A stretch of DNA of 64,000 nt from a virus. Below the pieces are notes generated by a model. That model was given only the letters and a program-made list of their open reading frames with translations, did no database searches and had not been told where the DNA came from. Both the position numbers and the translations under genes were made by a program. Below are positions 18,980-30,800 of the stretch, piece after piece. Every line of letters starts with the position of its first letter. Position 1 is the first letter of the stretch. The stretch spans positions 32,001-96,000 of the IMG/VR virus record IMGVR_UViG_3300037851_000431. One strand, written 5' to 3'.

Positions 18980-21900
18980 GTGGCTGATGTACGAGTAAGG
19001 TTTATTGGTGATGCAGCATCGCTACGGAGTTTTTATGCCCAATTAGGGAATGAAACCAGAGTAGCAGGGCAGGAAATAAAAAGAGCGGGCGAAAAAGCAT
19101 TATCCGGTCTTTTTGGAGACAACCCTAATGTTCAAATGTCGGGTGTAAGAACTACAATAGATGGTGTTAATAAAACTTTTCGTGCATTAGGTGATGCTGT
19201 TTTAACTGTTGATAGACGAGTTGCAGATATTGATTGGAGAGGGGTTGCGGGGGGAGAGAAAAATTTTAGAAGTACACTTAAAGCGGTACAAGATTTTGAA
19301 AGGGCTGCTAGAAGTGGGATAGTAGCAACAGACGAACAAACAGAGGCGTATAGACAGCAGAAAGTCCAACTTCAAGCTTTAACAACTCAAATGATGGCAA
19401 ATACAAGGGTATCAACTCTTAAACAACCTGTTGGAATACTAGGTCAAGCTCAAACTGTTTTTGGTAACGAACCTTTCTATGAAATAGCTAAGCAAAATTT
19501 AAGTAGACTAAAGCAAACACTCGGAGAAATTGTTCAAGTACTACCCGGTGTAAATTTAAAAGCACTTACAGCATCAATGAGAGAGCCACTTAAATTAGCA
19601 GAAGAATCCTTAAGAAATATGGGGTTAATGGTTGATACAAATGGAAGATTACGAACAACTCAAGGTAGGTTTGCGAGTGTTGCTGATCCAACTGTTGCAT
19701 CTTTAAGAGAAGAGGTTAGATGGCGAAGACAAAATATTGGTGTTATTGAAACTGAAGCAAAAGCTTTAACGCAAAGAAGGATTGCTGCTTCTGCCCAAGG
19801 CCGGGTTGCTTTAGGTCAAGCACAACAAGCGGTTAGTCAAAGTTTTGATATGTTACCACCAATACCAAGTACATTTGGTCAGTTATTAGCGGCAGATAAA
19901 AAGGGACAACTATTAAAATTAATGGGTCGATCAGGCTTTGGAATTGGGCAAAATATCGGTGAGTTATCAAAATCAATAGATGCTTCAGATATCCATGTAG
20001 TCGATGATCTTGTTCGTGGTGTAACTAGAGTTAGTGGATCATTTACAGATGTAAGTGGACGAACGAAAGAATTTTCTGCTGAGTTAGATAAGAACGGAAA
20101 TATTGTTACAAGATTCGGTGGTCAATTAAGAGGTTTAAGGCAATTCTTAGCCCAAACAGGGAGAGACTTTCAAAAAGTTGTTGAATGGACAATTGCTACT
20201 ACTGTTGTATTCGCATCTTTAAGACTTGTAATGCAAGGATTAGGTATAATCAAAGAATTTGATACACTGTTGGCAAGATTTGGTATAACAGCCCAATTAA
20301 CAACCGAACAGGCTCGCCAATATTTCGGTGAATTTGCTCAGATTGCTACCAATACAGCAACACCTTTAAGGGAAATGCTAACTGTAGCCGATGATATAGC
20401 ACTTGGTACTAGAAAGGCTGGACAGACGACAGAACAGTGGAAAGCACAGATGCTTGATTTAGCAAATGCTGTTGGTATTTATACTAATTTAACAGGGCAA
20501 GATGCTACTAAAGCTACAGATATACTGATTTCATCCATGAAACAGTTGGGATTAACTGCTAGTGATGTTGTTGGTGTACTTAACAAAGTTACTGCTGTTG
20601 CTGGTGGTCAAGCAGGAGCAATTTCTGACATTTCACAAGGTCTAGCCGTTATGGCAGAAGCAGGAAAACAGGCTGGATTAAGTGTTGATCAGCAAATTGC
20701 CACTATCCAAGTATTATCTCAGGTAACAGCCAAAACTCCTGCTGAAGTTGCAACTGCTTTCAAAAACCTTGTTGGTGCGCTTGATAATCCTGCGGCTATA
20801 AAAGCATTGGATAAATATAATATTTCCCTTAAAGATCAGGAAGGTAATCTAAGAAATATTATTGATATTTATGGTGAGATAAATCAAAAAATACGACAAG
20901 GTGTAATCCCTGCTAGTGATGTTAAAGGGCTATTACGAGCCATTTCAGGCGGTCCTAGAAGGCTTCCAGATGCAGCCGCATTGCTTTCAAATATTGATAG
21001 TGTTAATGACGTTACCCAAAAGAGCATTAGTGCAACTAATGAAGCCTTAGTTGCAAACGCCAAAGTATTAGATACCTTAAATGCTAAGTGGATACAGCTT
21101 CAAAACCTTCTTCAGAAAAATTTGTTTGGATCATTTGGTTCTCAATTTAGATCGCTAGCAGAAGCCGGTATAGACGCATTAACTGCAATAACAAATTTAA
21201 CCTCGCAATTTTCTTCCGCTATAGTAGTAATACTTAAATTTGTGGCTGTACTAGCACTTGTTAAAGGTGGTTTAGCAATATTTAAAGCCATTTCTGGAAC
21301 ATTCGGTAATATGGCATTTGCATTGTCAGGTGGATACGTAGCAATGCAAGAAAATGTTAAAAGATTAGTAGCAATGACAGAAGCGCAGAGAGCGTATGCG
21401 GCTACTACCAGAACAACAACTGGAATTACATGGCAAAATACATTTGCTATTCAAGAACAGGTAGTGGCTATGGAAAAGGCGGCTATTACTCAAGCAACTT
21501 TCTCACAAAGAATGAAAGATTGGGGAAAAGCTGCTAAAGGAGCTTTTGCCGGTGTTGCAGCGGGTGCTGCTGCTGGTGCAGTAATGGGTGGTTTAGCAAC
21601 AGGAGGAGATATTAGAGGAATTGCCGGTGGTGGATTAATGGCCGGTGGCTTAGGATTAATGCAAATTCCATCTCCTTATGGAATTAGTCAAATTGCTGGT
21701 CTATCAATGATGGTGGGGGGTTTTGCATTAACACAGCTTACAGGGGACCAACAAAAAGCCGCAGATGCTACCAAGATGCAAGTAGAAGAATTAACAAATC
21801 TTATTAAACAATATGAGGAAGCAGGTGCAATATATAGTAATGCTTCTAAAGCAAATAAAGAATTAGAAAAAACTATTGGAGATTTAAATAGTAAGACAAA

Positions 21901-24112
21901 TAAATCAGCAGCAGAGCTTGAACAATTAAAAGAATTCCAAAGAACATATACCTCAAATGTACTTGAAATGGCTGATGCAACCCGACAATTAGATGATGCA
22001 CAAGCTAAAATTTTAGAGAGTACTGGACAAGTAGGTTCCCGAATTACTAAGCCACTCTTGGAAGCAGGGAGATTAACCACCGCCTCTATGCAACAGCTTA
22101 AAAGAGAAGTATATTCTGGTTTATTTGGAATTTCTGATCAACCAATCAGAGGTACCATACCTTGGGGTACTACTGGTAGAGGAGCATTAGCTACTGCTGG
22201 CTCAAGTATAGCAAGAAGTTTAGCACCCGATAAAATCGTGGTGGGTTCAACGGGTGAAACCCAAGCTTTCTATAAAGAGATTAATTTAGCAAAATTAAAT
22301 GCTGAATCTGTTAAGGAATTATTTGATGAACTAGGAAATCTTAAATTTAATATTCCTATAAATGCTGAAAATTTAAAAAATATAGATAAAGCATTACAGT
22401 CTATAAAAGGTACTGTTCCTGATGAAGTGTTTAATAGGATGGAATTGTCTCTTTATGCTGCCGCCGGTGCTGGCTCTCAATTATATGCTACCCTTTTCCA
22501 AATAGATAACGCTATTGCTGAGTTACAAACACGCTCTATATTAGCACTTATTAATCCTGATGATGCCGCAAACGCAGAAAAAGTTTTAAATGCGATGAAA
22601 AATATTATTCCTCAACTTGAAACTAATACAAATATGCTAGGACAAAGTTTGGGTACTAGTGGGTGGCAAGGAGCTTCAACTGTTGGACAAACGAGACTTG
22701 ATGAATTAAGTAAATTAACAGCACAAATAATGTACGGTGATTTATCAAAAGAACAGTTAACAACTGTTTTTGAAAGAGTAGCTGAAATAACAAACGAGTT
22801 AACAGGACAAGCATCTAAATGGGACGATATTAATTATCGTCTAGCATTTATGTCAAATTTAGCTGAGTTGTTTGGATTAAAAGGTAAATTAGCTTTTGAT
22901 GATGTAACGGTATCTGCTAGGGATTTTACAGAAGAGTTAGAAGCAATGACAGGTGCTTTGGAAAAAGCCCGAGACAGTTTCTTAGGGTCATTAGCTGAAA
23001 AATCCGCCTCTTTACAGGCAGATATTTTGGGGGGCCAGTTTAAAGATAAGCCCGGTGAGCAAGCATTTTTACAAGGACAACTTCAGGCCGCATTTGATGC
23101 CATAGATGCATATAATGCTGTTATAGCCAGTTTGGAAAATTTAAAAGATCGAGCAGCAGAAGCAAAAATAAACTTTGAGAATCTTTCACAGGGAATTATA
23201 AGTGATTTTGGAGCAAGTTTAGCGAAAATACCGGGTTTGGAAGACGCTGCCTCCTTGTCATTAGATCAATTAATGACAAGATTATTAGAATTGGGTTTCC
23301 GAATGGGCTTAAGTAGAGAACAGATGGGAAAATTAATTGAAAAGATAGCTGAGTTACCTAAATTAATTAAAGACATTGGTGATTTAAAACTTAGGTTTGG
23401 TATAGTTGGAGATTTAAGCGAGGCAATTAATTCATTTAAACTACTATCTAATGCGACTGCTAGATTAGCAAAAATTTTTCCTCAGTGGCAGGGTATGGCA
23501 GATATGTTTGCTGGTATAGTTAGTGATTTACAAGAAGGGCAAAATAGAATAAATACATGGGCATCAGATATTGGTGGTTATTATGCTGGCGGTAGAGGCA
23601 ATGTAGCTACAGGTAGTAGTTCTGCTGCTGCTAGACAGGCGGGAATGTTGGAAATTCCTGATGAGTTCAGGGAAATGAATAGACCAGTAATTGATCTAGT
23701 AAAAGAAGCTGTTGCTAATGCAAAACTTATACAAAGTCAAATACCGGGAGAAGCCAAACGAAATAAAGACCAAATTGTAGCCATTTTTGATGGTGTAAAG
23801 AAAATTCTTCAAACCAAAGGTATTGGGGAAGAATATCTACGCAAGGCTATGCAAGATTTGACAGATGAAATAAAGAAACAAAATGAATTACTTGCCAAAG
23901 CAGATACCATGAGAAGAATTCGTGTTGGAGCAGGAGATTTTGCAGCCCTCGCAAATGTTCCTATCAATGCAAAATCTGGTATCAGTTTAGGAAGTCCAGA
24001 GGGACCAATAACAATTAGTTTAAATGTTACTGGACAAATATTAACCCCAGCACAGATACAACAATTAGCTGAATTCTTAGGTGCTGCGTTAGGCCGTCAT
24101 ATAGGAGGGTAA
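18980..24112 (+). CDS. Tape measure protein
   Basis: 1710 aa Ala/Gly/Leu-rich helical protein with TMP core (EVATAFKNLV) and hydrophobic segments. Confidence 0.92.
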   Translation: MADVRVRFIGDAASLRSFYAQLGNETRVAGQEIKRAGEKALSGLFGDNPNVQMSGVRTTIDGVNKTFRALGDAVLTVDRRVADIDWRGVAGGEKNFRSTLKAVQDFERAARSGIVATDEQTEAYRQQKVQLQALTTQMMANTRVSTLKQPVGILGQAQTVFGNEPFYEIAKQNLSRLKQTLGEIVQVLPGVNLKALTASMREPLKLAEESLRNMGLMVDTNGRLRTTQGRFASVADPTVASLREEVRWRRQNIGVIETEAKALTQRRIAASAQGRVALGQAQQAVSQSFDMLPPIPSTFGQLLAADKKGQLLKLMGRSGFGIGQNIGELSKSIDASDIHVVDDLVRGVTRVSGSFTDVSGRTKEFSAELDKNGNIVTRFGGQLRGLRQFLAQTGRDFQKVVEWTIATTVVFASLRLVMQGLGIIKEFDTLLARFGITAQLTTEQARQYFGEFAQIATNTATPLREMLTVADDIALGTRKAGQTTEQWKAQMLDLANAVGIYTNLTGQDATKATDILISSMKQLGLTASDVVGVLNKVTAVAGGQAGAISDISQGLAVMAEAGKQAGLSVDQQIATIQVLSQVTAKTPAEVATAFKNLVGALDNPAAIKALDKYNISLKDQEGNLRNIIDIYGEINQKIRQGVIPASDVKGLLRAISGGPRRLPDAAALLSNIDSVNDVTQKSISATNEALVANAKVLDTLNAKWIQLQNLLQKNLFGSFGSQFRSLAEAGIDALTAITNLTSQFSSAIVVILKFVAVLALVKGGLAIFKAISGTFGNMAFALSGGYVAMQENVKRLVAMTEAQRAYAATTRTTTGITWQNTFAIQEQVVAMEKAAITQATFSQRMKDWGKAAKGAFAGVAAGAAAGAVMGGLATGGDIRGIAGGGLMAGGLGLMQIPSPYGISQIAGLSMMVGGFALTQLTGDQQKAADATKMQVEELTNLIKQYEEAGAIYSNASKANKELEKTIGDLNSKTNKSAAELEQLKEFQRTYTSNVLEMADATRQLDDAQAKILESTGQVGSRITKPLLEAGRLTTASMQQLKREVYSGLFGISDQPIRGTIPWGTTGRGALATAGSSIARSLAPDKIVVGSTGETQAFYKEINLAKLNAESVKELFDELGNLKFNIPINAENLKNIDKALQSIKGTVPDEVFNRMELSLYAAAGAGSQLYATLFQIDNAIAELQTRSILALINPDDAANAEKVLNAMKNIIPQLETNTNMLGQSLGTSGWQGASTVGQTRLDELSKLTAQIMYGDLSKEQLTTVFERVAEITNELTGQASKWDDINYRLAFMSNLAELFGLKGKLAFDDVTVSARDFTEELEAMTGALEKARDSFLGSLAEKSASLQADILGGQFKDKPGEQAFLQGQLQAAFDAIDAYNAVIASLENLKDRAAEAKINFENLSQGIISDFGASLAKIPGLEDAASLSLDQLMTRLLELGFRMGLSREQMGKLIEKIAELPKLIKDIGDLKLRFGIVGDLSEAINSFKLLSNATARLAKIFPQWQGMADMFAGIVSDLQEGQNRINTWASDIGGYYAGGRGNVATGSSSAAARQAGMLEIPDEFREMNRPVIDLVKEAVANAKLIQSQIPGEAKRNKDQIVAIFDGVKKILQTKGIGEEYLRKAMQDLTDEIKKQNELLAKADTMRRIRVGAGDFAALANVPINAKSGISLGSPEGPITISLNVTGQILTPAQIQQLAEFLGAALGRHIGG

Positions 24113-24117
24113 AGTAA

Positions 24118-24843
24118 ATGCCTTTAGGACCATCACAACAATATCTCGCTGAATATAATGGATATACTTTACCCGGATATGTTCAGAGTGAATCCTTTGA
24201 TTCTATTATGAATATAGCTCCACATTATGGGGTATACATCGATGGCTCACCGTCTGAGGAGTTGGGCCTACAAAATAAAAAACTCTCCTTGACTTTAAAA
24301 GTGTGGGAAACAGATTATTTAACCTGTAAACAGCAGGTTGAATTAGCCTATACCTATCTTAGAAGTTTTCGTAATGGATTTGCTCAACTAAAAGTACAAT
24401 ATCCTGACAAACATTACATGGCAATGGTTATATCCATTACAACAGAAAAATCTGTACCATCATCAGTACGAGTGCTTGAGTATAAGGTAGATTTTGAGTG
24501 CAAGCCTTGGCTTATAGGTGAAACACTTCATAGTATTAGTAGTGATACAGACGAAGTTGGACGAACCTTAGATAATGGCGGGTGGGCACCAACTATTACT
24601 ACTCTTACAGGAACCAGTATAAGTGGTATAACAGCAGACGGTCAATCAACCGGCAGCGTGGTCACTACAGGCGTTACAGGGCTTGTTATAGACACAGAAG
24701 CATTCACCGCTACCATTGGTGGGGTAAATAAAAATGAGTTGGTTACAACAAAGGATTATAGGCTTTATGTTGGCCCCGGAAAAACCACCTTTACAGTAGA
24801 TGGATCGGCAACTATACAATGGTATGATCGTTGGTATATATAG
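24118..24843 (+). CDS. Distal tail (Dit-like) protein
   Basis: Directly after TMP; VDFECKPW and C-terminal WYDRWYI pattern typical of Dit. Confidence 0.75.
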   Translation: MPLGPSQQYLAEYNGYTLPGYVQSESFDSIMNIAPHYGVYIDGSPSEELGLQNKKLSLTLKVWETDYLTCKQQVELAYTYLRSFRNGFAQLKVQYPDKHYMAMVISITTEKSVPSSVRVLEYKVDFECKPWLIGETLHSISSDTDEVGRTLDNGGWAPTITTLTGTSISGITADGQSTGSVVTTGVTGLVIDTEAFTATIGGVNKNELVTTKDYRLYVGPGKTTFTVDGSATIQWYDRWYI

Positions 24844-24890
24844 ACTAATAATATAGTCTTCTTCAATACAATGAAGGTAGGTGAATAGGA

Positions 24891-27800
24891 ATGGAGTATC
24901 AAAACTACGGACAAGCGGTAGTCTATATTGTTCTGCCTTATGTAGTTGAGTGGAAGTTTGATGAAATTTCTGGAAGTACGCTGTACGATACTCTCAATAC
25001 TAATAACCTTACCGTTACAGGGGCGCTTACCCTTAATCAAGCAGGACCGAATTTATATAATTCAAGCGATAGGGCTGTTACCTTTCCGGGTTCAACAAGT
25101 GCCTATGCGGTCAAAACTTCCCCCACAGGATTACCTACTGGCGCTTCGGCGCGTTCTATTGAGGTTTGGTTTAAAACCACGTCTACTGCTACCCAAACTC
25201 TTATAAGTTATGGTACTGCCAGTACTCGACAAAGTTTTGGTCTTAAGATAAATGGATCAAATTCTATAGGGTTTTGGACATATAGTGATGATGGATACTA
25301 TCCAGCAACAGTAAATAATGGAGCTTGGCATCAACTTGTTGTAACATATAATGGTGGAGTAATTGTTTACGCATATTTAGATGGTATTCAGATTGGAGGA
25401 AAAAATCTCGGGGGAACCTTAAATACTGTTGTTAATGCTAATGGTATAGTAGTAGGAAAAGATTTTCATGCTAGTGCTAATGCATTTAACGGGCAGATAG
25501 GTCAGATTAAAGTCTATAATTTTAAATTATCTCCAATACAAATTTCATCTCAATATAATTTAATATTAAGAGGATTTAGTCTTGCACAAGCACAAGCAGC
25601 CATTCGTGGATTTGTATATGCTCAAACACAAACAGAAATAACACCAACTAAAGCCGCTTTTGCTCAAAGCGAAGTTTTTATAAATAACTGGAATGTTTTT
25701 GCTCAAGCTCAAGCCTTTATTTTTACTTATATAAGTTTAGGACAGGCAGAAACTTTTATTGGTCCTAGATATAAAATTGCTCAAGCAAAAATACTTGTAG
25801 ATTCTCCTATTAAAAATGCTCTAGCTTCAGTTAGAGCACAAATAACTGCTACTACAATACATGGTCTTGCTCAGGTAAAAATATGGGACCAAAGAGCATT
25901 CGGTCAAGCGCACACTAACATACTTCTACCTTTCTATTGGGAAGATCATCAGTTAAAAGATGATGTGTTTGAAGCAGAAACAATATACCTAGGAAGAAAT
26001 ACTTATATAGGCCCACAAAATCTAAATAGTTTTACAGTAAATACAGGTGAAATTTACGATCCTACCTACGTAGGAACATATTATAAAACAGGCTGGATAA
26101 AAATTGTAGTATCCAGTTCTATGACTTTAAGAATAGATACTTTTGGTAGTACTGGAAATCCCTATCTATCTCTTATGGCTAATGAACCGGGAAGTTTCGA
26201 CTTTTATAATTGGGGATATAAAACACTTCCTGCATGTGGTGTTGCTGCTGGTACTTATTATATCGAAGTATCTGCTGATTCTGGTGCTTCTCTCGATAGT
26301 GTTTATTTAAGAATAAGTAGTACTAGTTTTCCTGCATCATCTCCTCAGGCTTTAGGTCAGGCACAAGTATATATTTATCGAGCGCCCCAAAATGATACAC
26401 AAATCTATAGCCAATCTTTGACTTATACTTTAAGAGAACAAGATTATTATAATGAAATAATAGATAATGATGATCCTCTTGCTTATTATAAATTTAATGA
26501 AGATGTAGATTATTTATATAATGATGGAATTATAGATTCATTAGGAAATAGAAATATAATCTATAATTATTCCAACGGTGAGTCTAAACCTCTTTATATT
26601 CAGGGTCCAATTTGGCCTGATTTCAGGGGTATACAACTTGGTCAATCTTATGTGTATTATTATAGTAGCACACAAGGATTATTTACAGGAACTCAGGGTT
26701 GGGCAATAGAGTATTGGGTAAGACCAAATAATCCAGATCAATCTTGGTGTTTTAGACTGTATGATTATAATACATCAGACTATTATATATATCTTGGCTT
26801 AGGTGATCCATCTAATGTGCCCGAAGGTAGTTTACCTTGGTATAATTATACGCCTAACGTGGGAACGCAAGCTATCTTGGCAGTCTATGATTATACTAAT
26901 AGTACATATTATTATAATTATATTGCTAGTCCATCACCTATTTCTAATGAGGATTGGCATCATGTTGTAGGTACTCTTTCAAATGATGGTACAACACTTA
27001 AACTTTATGTAGATGGAAAATTAGTAGCATCTAAAGCATTAGGACATAATGCTAATAAAGTTTGGACAGGCTGGCATCAATATATTCCCGATGATTCGGC
27101 TTATAATGTACAAATAGATGACTATGTTATTTATGATCATGAGTTAACAGAAGATCGGGTATTAAGACACTATAATCTTGTTAATTATGTTTCTTCAGAT
27201 ACACAATTTATCTGGTCACAGGCTCAAACCTTTGTTGTTTATCAAGACGGTAATACGTATACACGATTTAATGTAGGTCAAGCTCAAGTATATAGTGGCT
27301 CATACAAAATATTTGCTCAAGCTATATGTATAATCAAAGTAATAACTGATAGTTATGGTTTATTAGTAGCACAAGATGGAGCAGTTCATTTATATGGAAT
27401 GCATTTAATAAATGCTAGCGGCGGCAGTGATATATACTATTGGGATGATGATATAGGGACGGCTGATGTTTCTAGTTTTTCTGGTACATTTAATTATACA
27501 CTTTCTCCTATTGGTTCTGAGTATTATGGTTTAGTTCAAAGTACAACTTCTGCTAATAGATATTGGACTAGTTCTGCTACTAATAGATTAAAAGAGCTTT
27601 ATGATGTAACTAAATCATGGACAATTGAAACATGGGTTAGATCACCGGGGTCCGCTAATCAACAGGGATGGGTATGGTCATTAGGTGCAACATCCCCCGG
27701 ATATTATCTCGCAGCATTAGGTTTTGGAAGTGGTACTACTAATCCCGCTAATGGAAATCAAATTATTGTTCATTTTTATAATCCTACTACATATGGAACT

Positions 27801-30800
27801 GTTTATGATACTGGAATAACTTACACCCCTAATACTTGGTATCATACCGCAGTTACTTATAACGGTAATAAGGTTTTTAGTGTTTACATAAATGGAACAT
27901 TAGTTAAAACAATTAATTATTCTTATTGGTTATATAATTTACCATATTTTTATCTAGCTTATAATTTTTATTGGGGATCAAATAGTGTAGTATTAGCATA
28001 CGATAATTTAGCAATCTACCCATTTGAATTGTCTCTAAGTAAAATTATATCCCATTCTGAATATAGGGCAACAATTACAAATGCTTATGCTTCCGCATCA
28101 TTCCAAATAAATTCTAATAAATATAATCAGTATGCAAGTGCTGCATTCTATCCTTGGAATCCTACTGGAACAAATAAAGTACAACAGTACTCTCAGGCTG
28201 CTTCCTATCGCCCTTACTACGTATTTGGTCAGGCAAATGCTATTACAAATGTTATACAACAATCATATTATGGATTAGCTGTTGCTAGTATTTTACAAAC
28301 ATATCCTTTACCAGATTATAAAGCAGTGGTATTGGCAGATACACCGGATGTATATTGGCCGTTTGATGATAGTACTGTTACTACCGCGAAAGAGATTGTT
28401 GCTAATAAAATAGCAACACTTGGAGGTTCAAGTACATCACCAACACCAAATACCTATATTGGATATGGTGGTATTGATCCCGGTTGGTCGTGGGCAGGAA
28501 CATCAAGATATGTATATACTAGTTATGCTCAACCTTCTACTAATATTGCTATTGTAGAAGCATGGTTTAAAACTACAGGAACAGGTGAAATTTGGCAAGG
28601 TCGCTATAATCTTGCAGGGAATACCTCTGGAAAAGGTATTACTTTAACATTAAATTCAACTGTAGGATTTGGATGCGAAAACGGTAAACTTAACTTCTTT
28701 GTAAATTCTGATGGTATACTACACGGCATTAAATCCAATAATTTCTATAACGATAATCAGTTATATCATGTTGTAGCAGCATGGCGATCTAGTACGGGTG
28801 TAGGACTTAATAATAGTCAATTTAGTTTGTATGTAAATGGAGTACAAATCTCAACTACGAACCTTAGTACGGCTGGATCGGCTACAGCACCATTAGCAGG
28901 AAATACTGATACCCCATTCGCGGGCGCAAGGTATGGTGTTTTCTCAGGTTATTTATCAAATATAGCATTCTATACACATGATCTAACAACCGATCAAATT
29001 CTTGCCCACTACGATGCCAGAGGATTAGCTGTTAATGCTCGTCCTTTTGGTCAAGCACAGGTATATATTGGACACTTTTTGCCCGGTTTAGCTCAAGCCC
29101 TAATACGGCAAACTACACCTAATTATCCTGTATTTGGTGATAATGGTCCATTTGGTTTAGCTCAAACAATTATTTGGCCATTTAAATTTGGTTTAGCTAT
29201 AGCACAAATTGCTTGGGAACAGGAAGGTTATAGAAAAACTGTACTTGCAGATAAACCTATTTTATACTACCCAATGGAGGAACCAAACTTTAACAATGAT
29301 CTTACAAATCTTGTAAGATATCCTGTAGGTGGTTCAGCAAATTATAGTGCTTCGTCTGTTTATAGTGCTTCATATTCGGTTGACAAAGCTGCTGATGGTA
29401 ACTATGCCGATGGTTGGGCAGCCCTAGGTTATACATCAGGAGAATATTGGAAAGTAACTTGGACTGTACCTCAAACCTTTAAAACTCTTAGGTTGGTTGC
29501 TAGACCCGGTAATGATTATTTTGGTATTGGTTACATTGAATTATATGATGGTACTAATACAACAATAATAGATAATATAACTTACCCGCCTACTCCAAAC
29601 GGAAGTTCAATTTATACTATAAATGCAGAAAATATTCTGTCTATGAAATTAGTAAGTACAAGTGGGGGGGTATCTAATCCCGGCTTCTCAGAGGTAGAGG
29701 CGTTTGATGCTTACGATGCGGCTGGTGTTTTACATACAATAGTAGGCCGAAGAAATGGTTATTGGACAGGAGCATCGGCTACATTTAATGGGGTAAGTCC
29801 TGTATATCCCGGTAAGTCCATCGCATTTAATGGTAATGCGGTATATATTTCCCCTAATGTTAACTATACTACAATTACTGAAAATTTAACTATTCCCGGT
29901 ATTTATTCTTCTGTAGATAATCATAATATTATAGGAAATGATTTTTGGGCAGTAACAGGAGATACCATTACCTTTAGATTAAAAATGACAAATGGTTCTC
30001 CTTATAGTATAGGTGTATACGATGTAACAAATGGGGGAGCCAACAACTGGCTCCAAGTTGCCAGTCAGTATTCGTATATTGATGAAAATGGTTACAAAGT
30101 CTTTAATATTACTATCACTGCTACAGGATTTTTTCACCCCTATATTTATAGTTATAGTAGCTCTTATGCTGGAACAGGTACTATAACAAGAAAACATTAC
30201 GATCAAGATTCTATGATTCCAATAGGAGATTTTCCAACTCCTAATAATGCCTGTGTAACAATTGAAAGCTGGGTTAAATGGGATGGAACAACAAATCGAA
30301 TGATCTTTGGATTTGATTGGAATGATTTGTTTGTAATCTCACAATCAGGTATAGGCTTTATAGGATTTAATACAGGTAATAGTGATAATTATGGGGTAGC
30401 CGCCTTGTCTGTTGGCGGTTGGTATCATATAGTTGCTGTCTTTTATGCTGGACAGTATACAACTATTAAAAATAAGTTGTATATAAACGGTGTTCGTCAA
30501 GAATTAGCATACATAGATGGTAATATATCAAGACAATATCCTACATTTGGACAAGATTTTTATATAGGAAGTTGGCCTACTAATACATCATATCAGTGGA
30601 CAGGCGCTCTAGATGAGTTTGCTATCTTTAATTATGAGTTAACACCTGAACAGATATTAACACATTATAATGCGAGAACAAACTTTCAAGCATTTGCTTA
30701 TAGCCAAGCACATATTTACGTTTACGGCGGAAGTGGCGATCCTCCATATCCACGTAATCAGATGTATGCCGGTGCCTTTACTCATGTTAATACACATTTT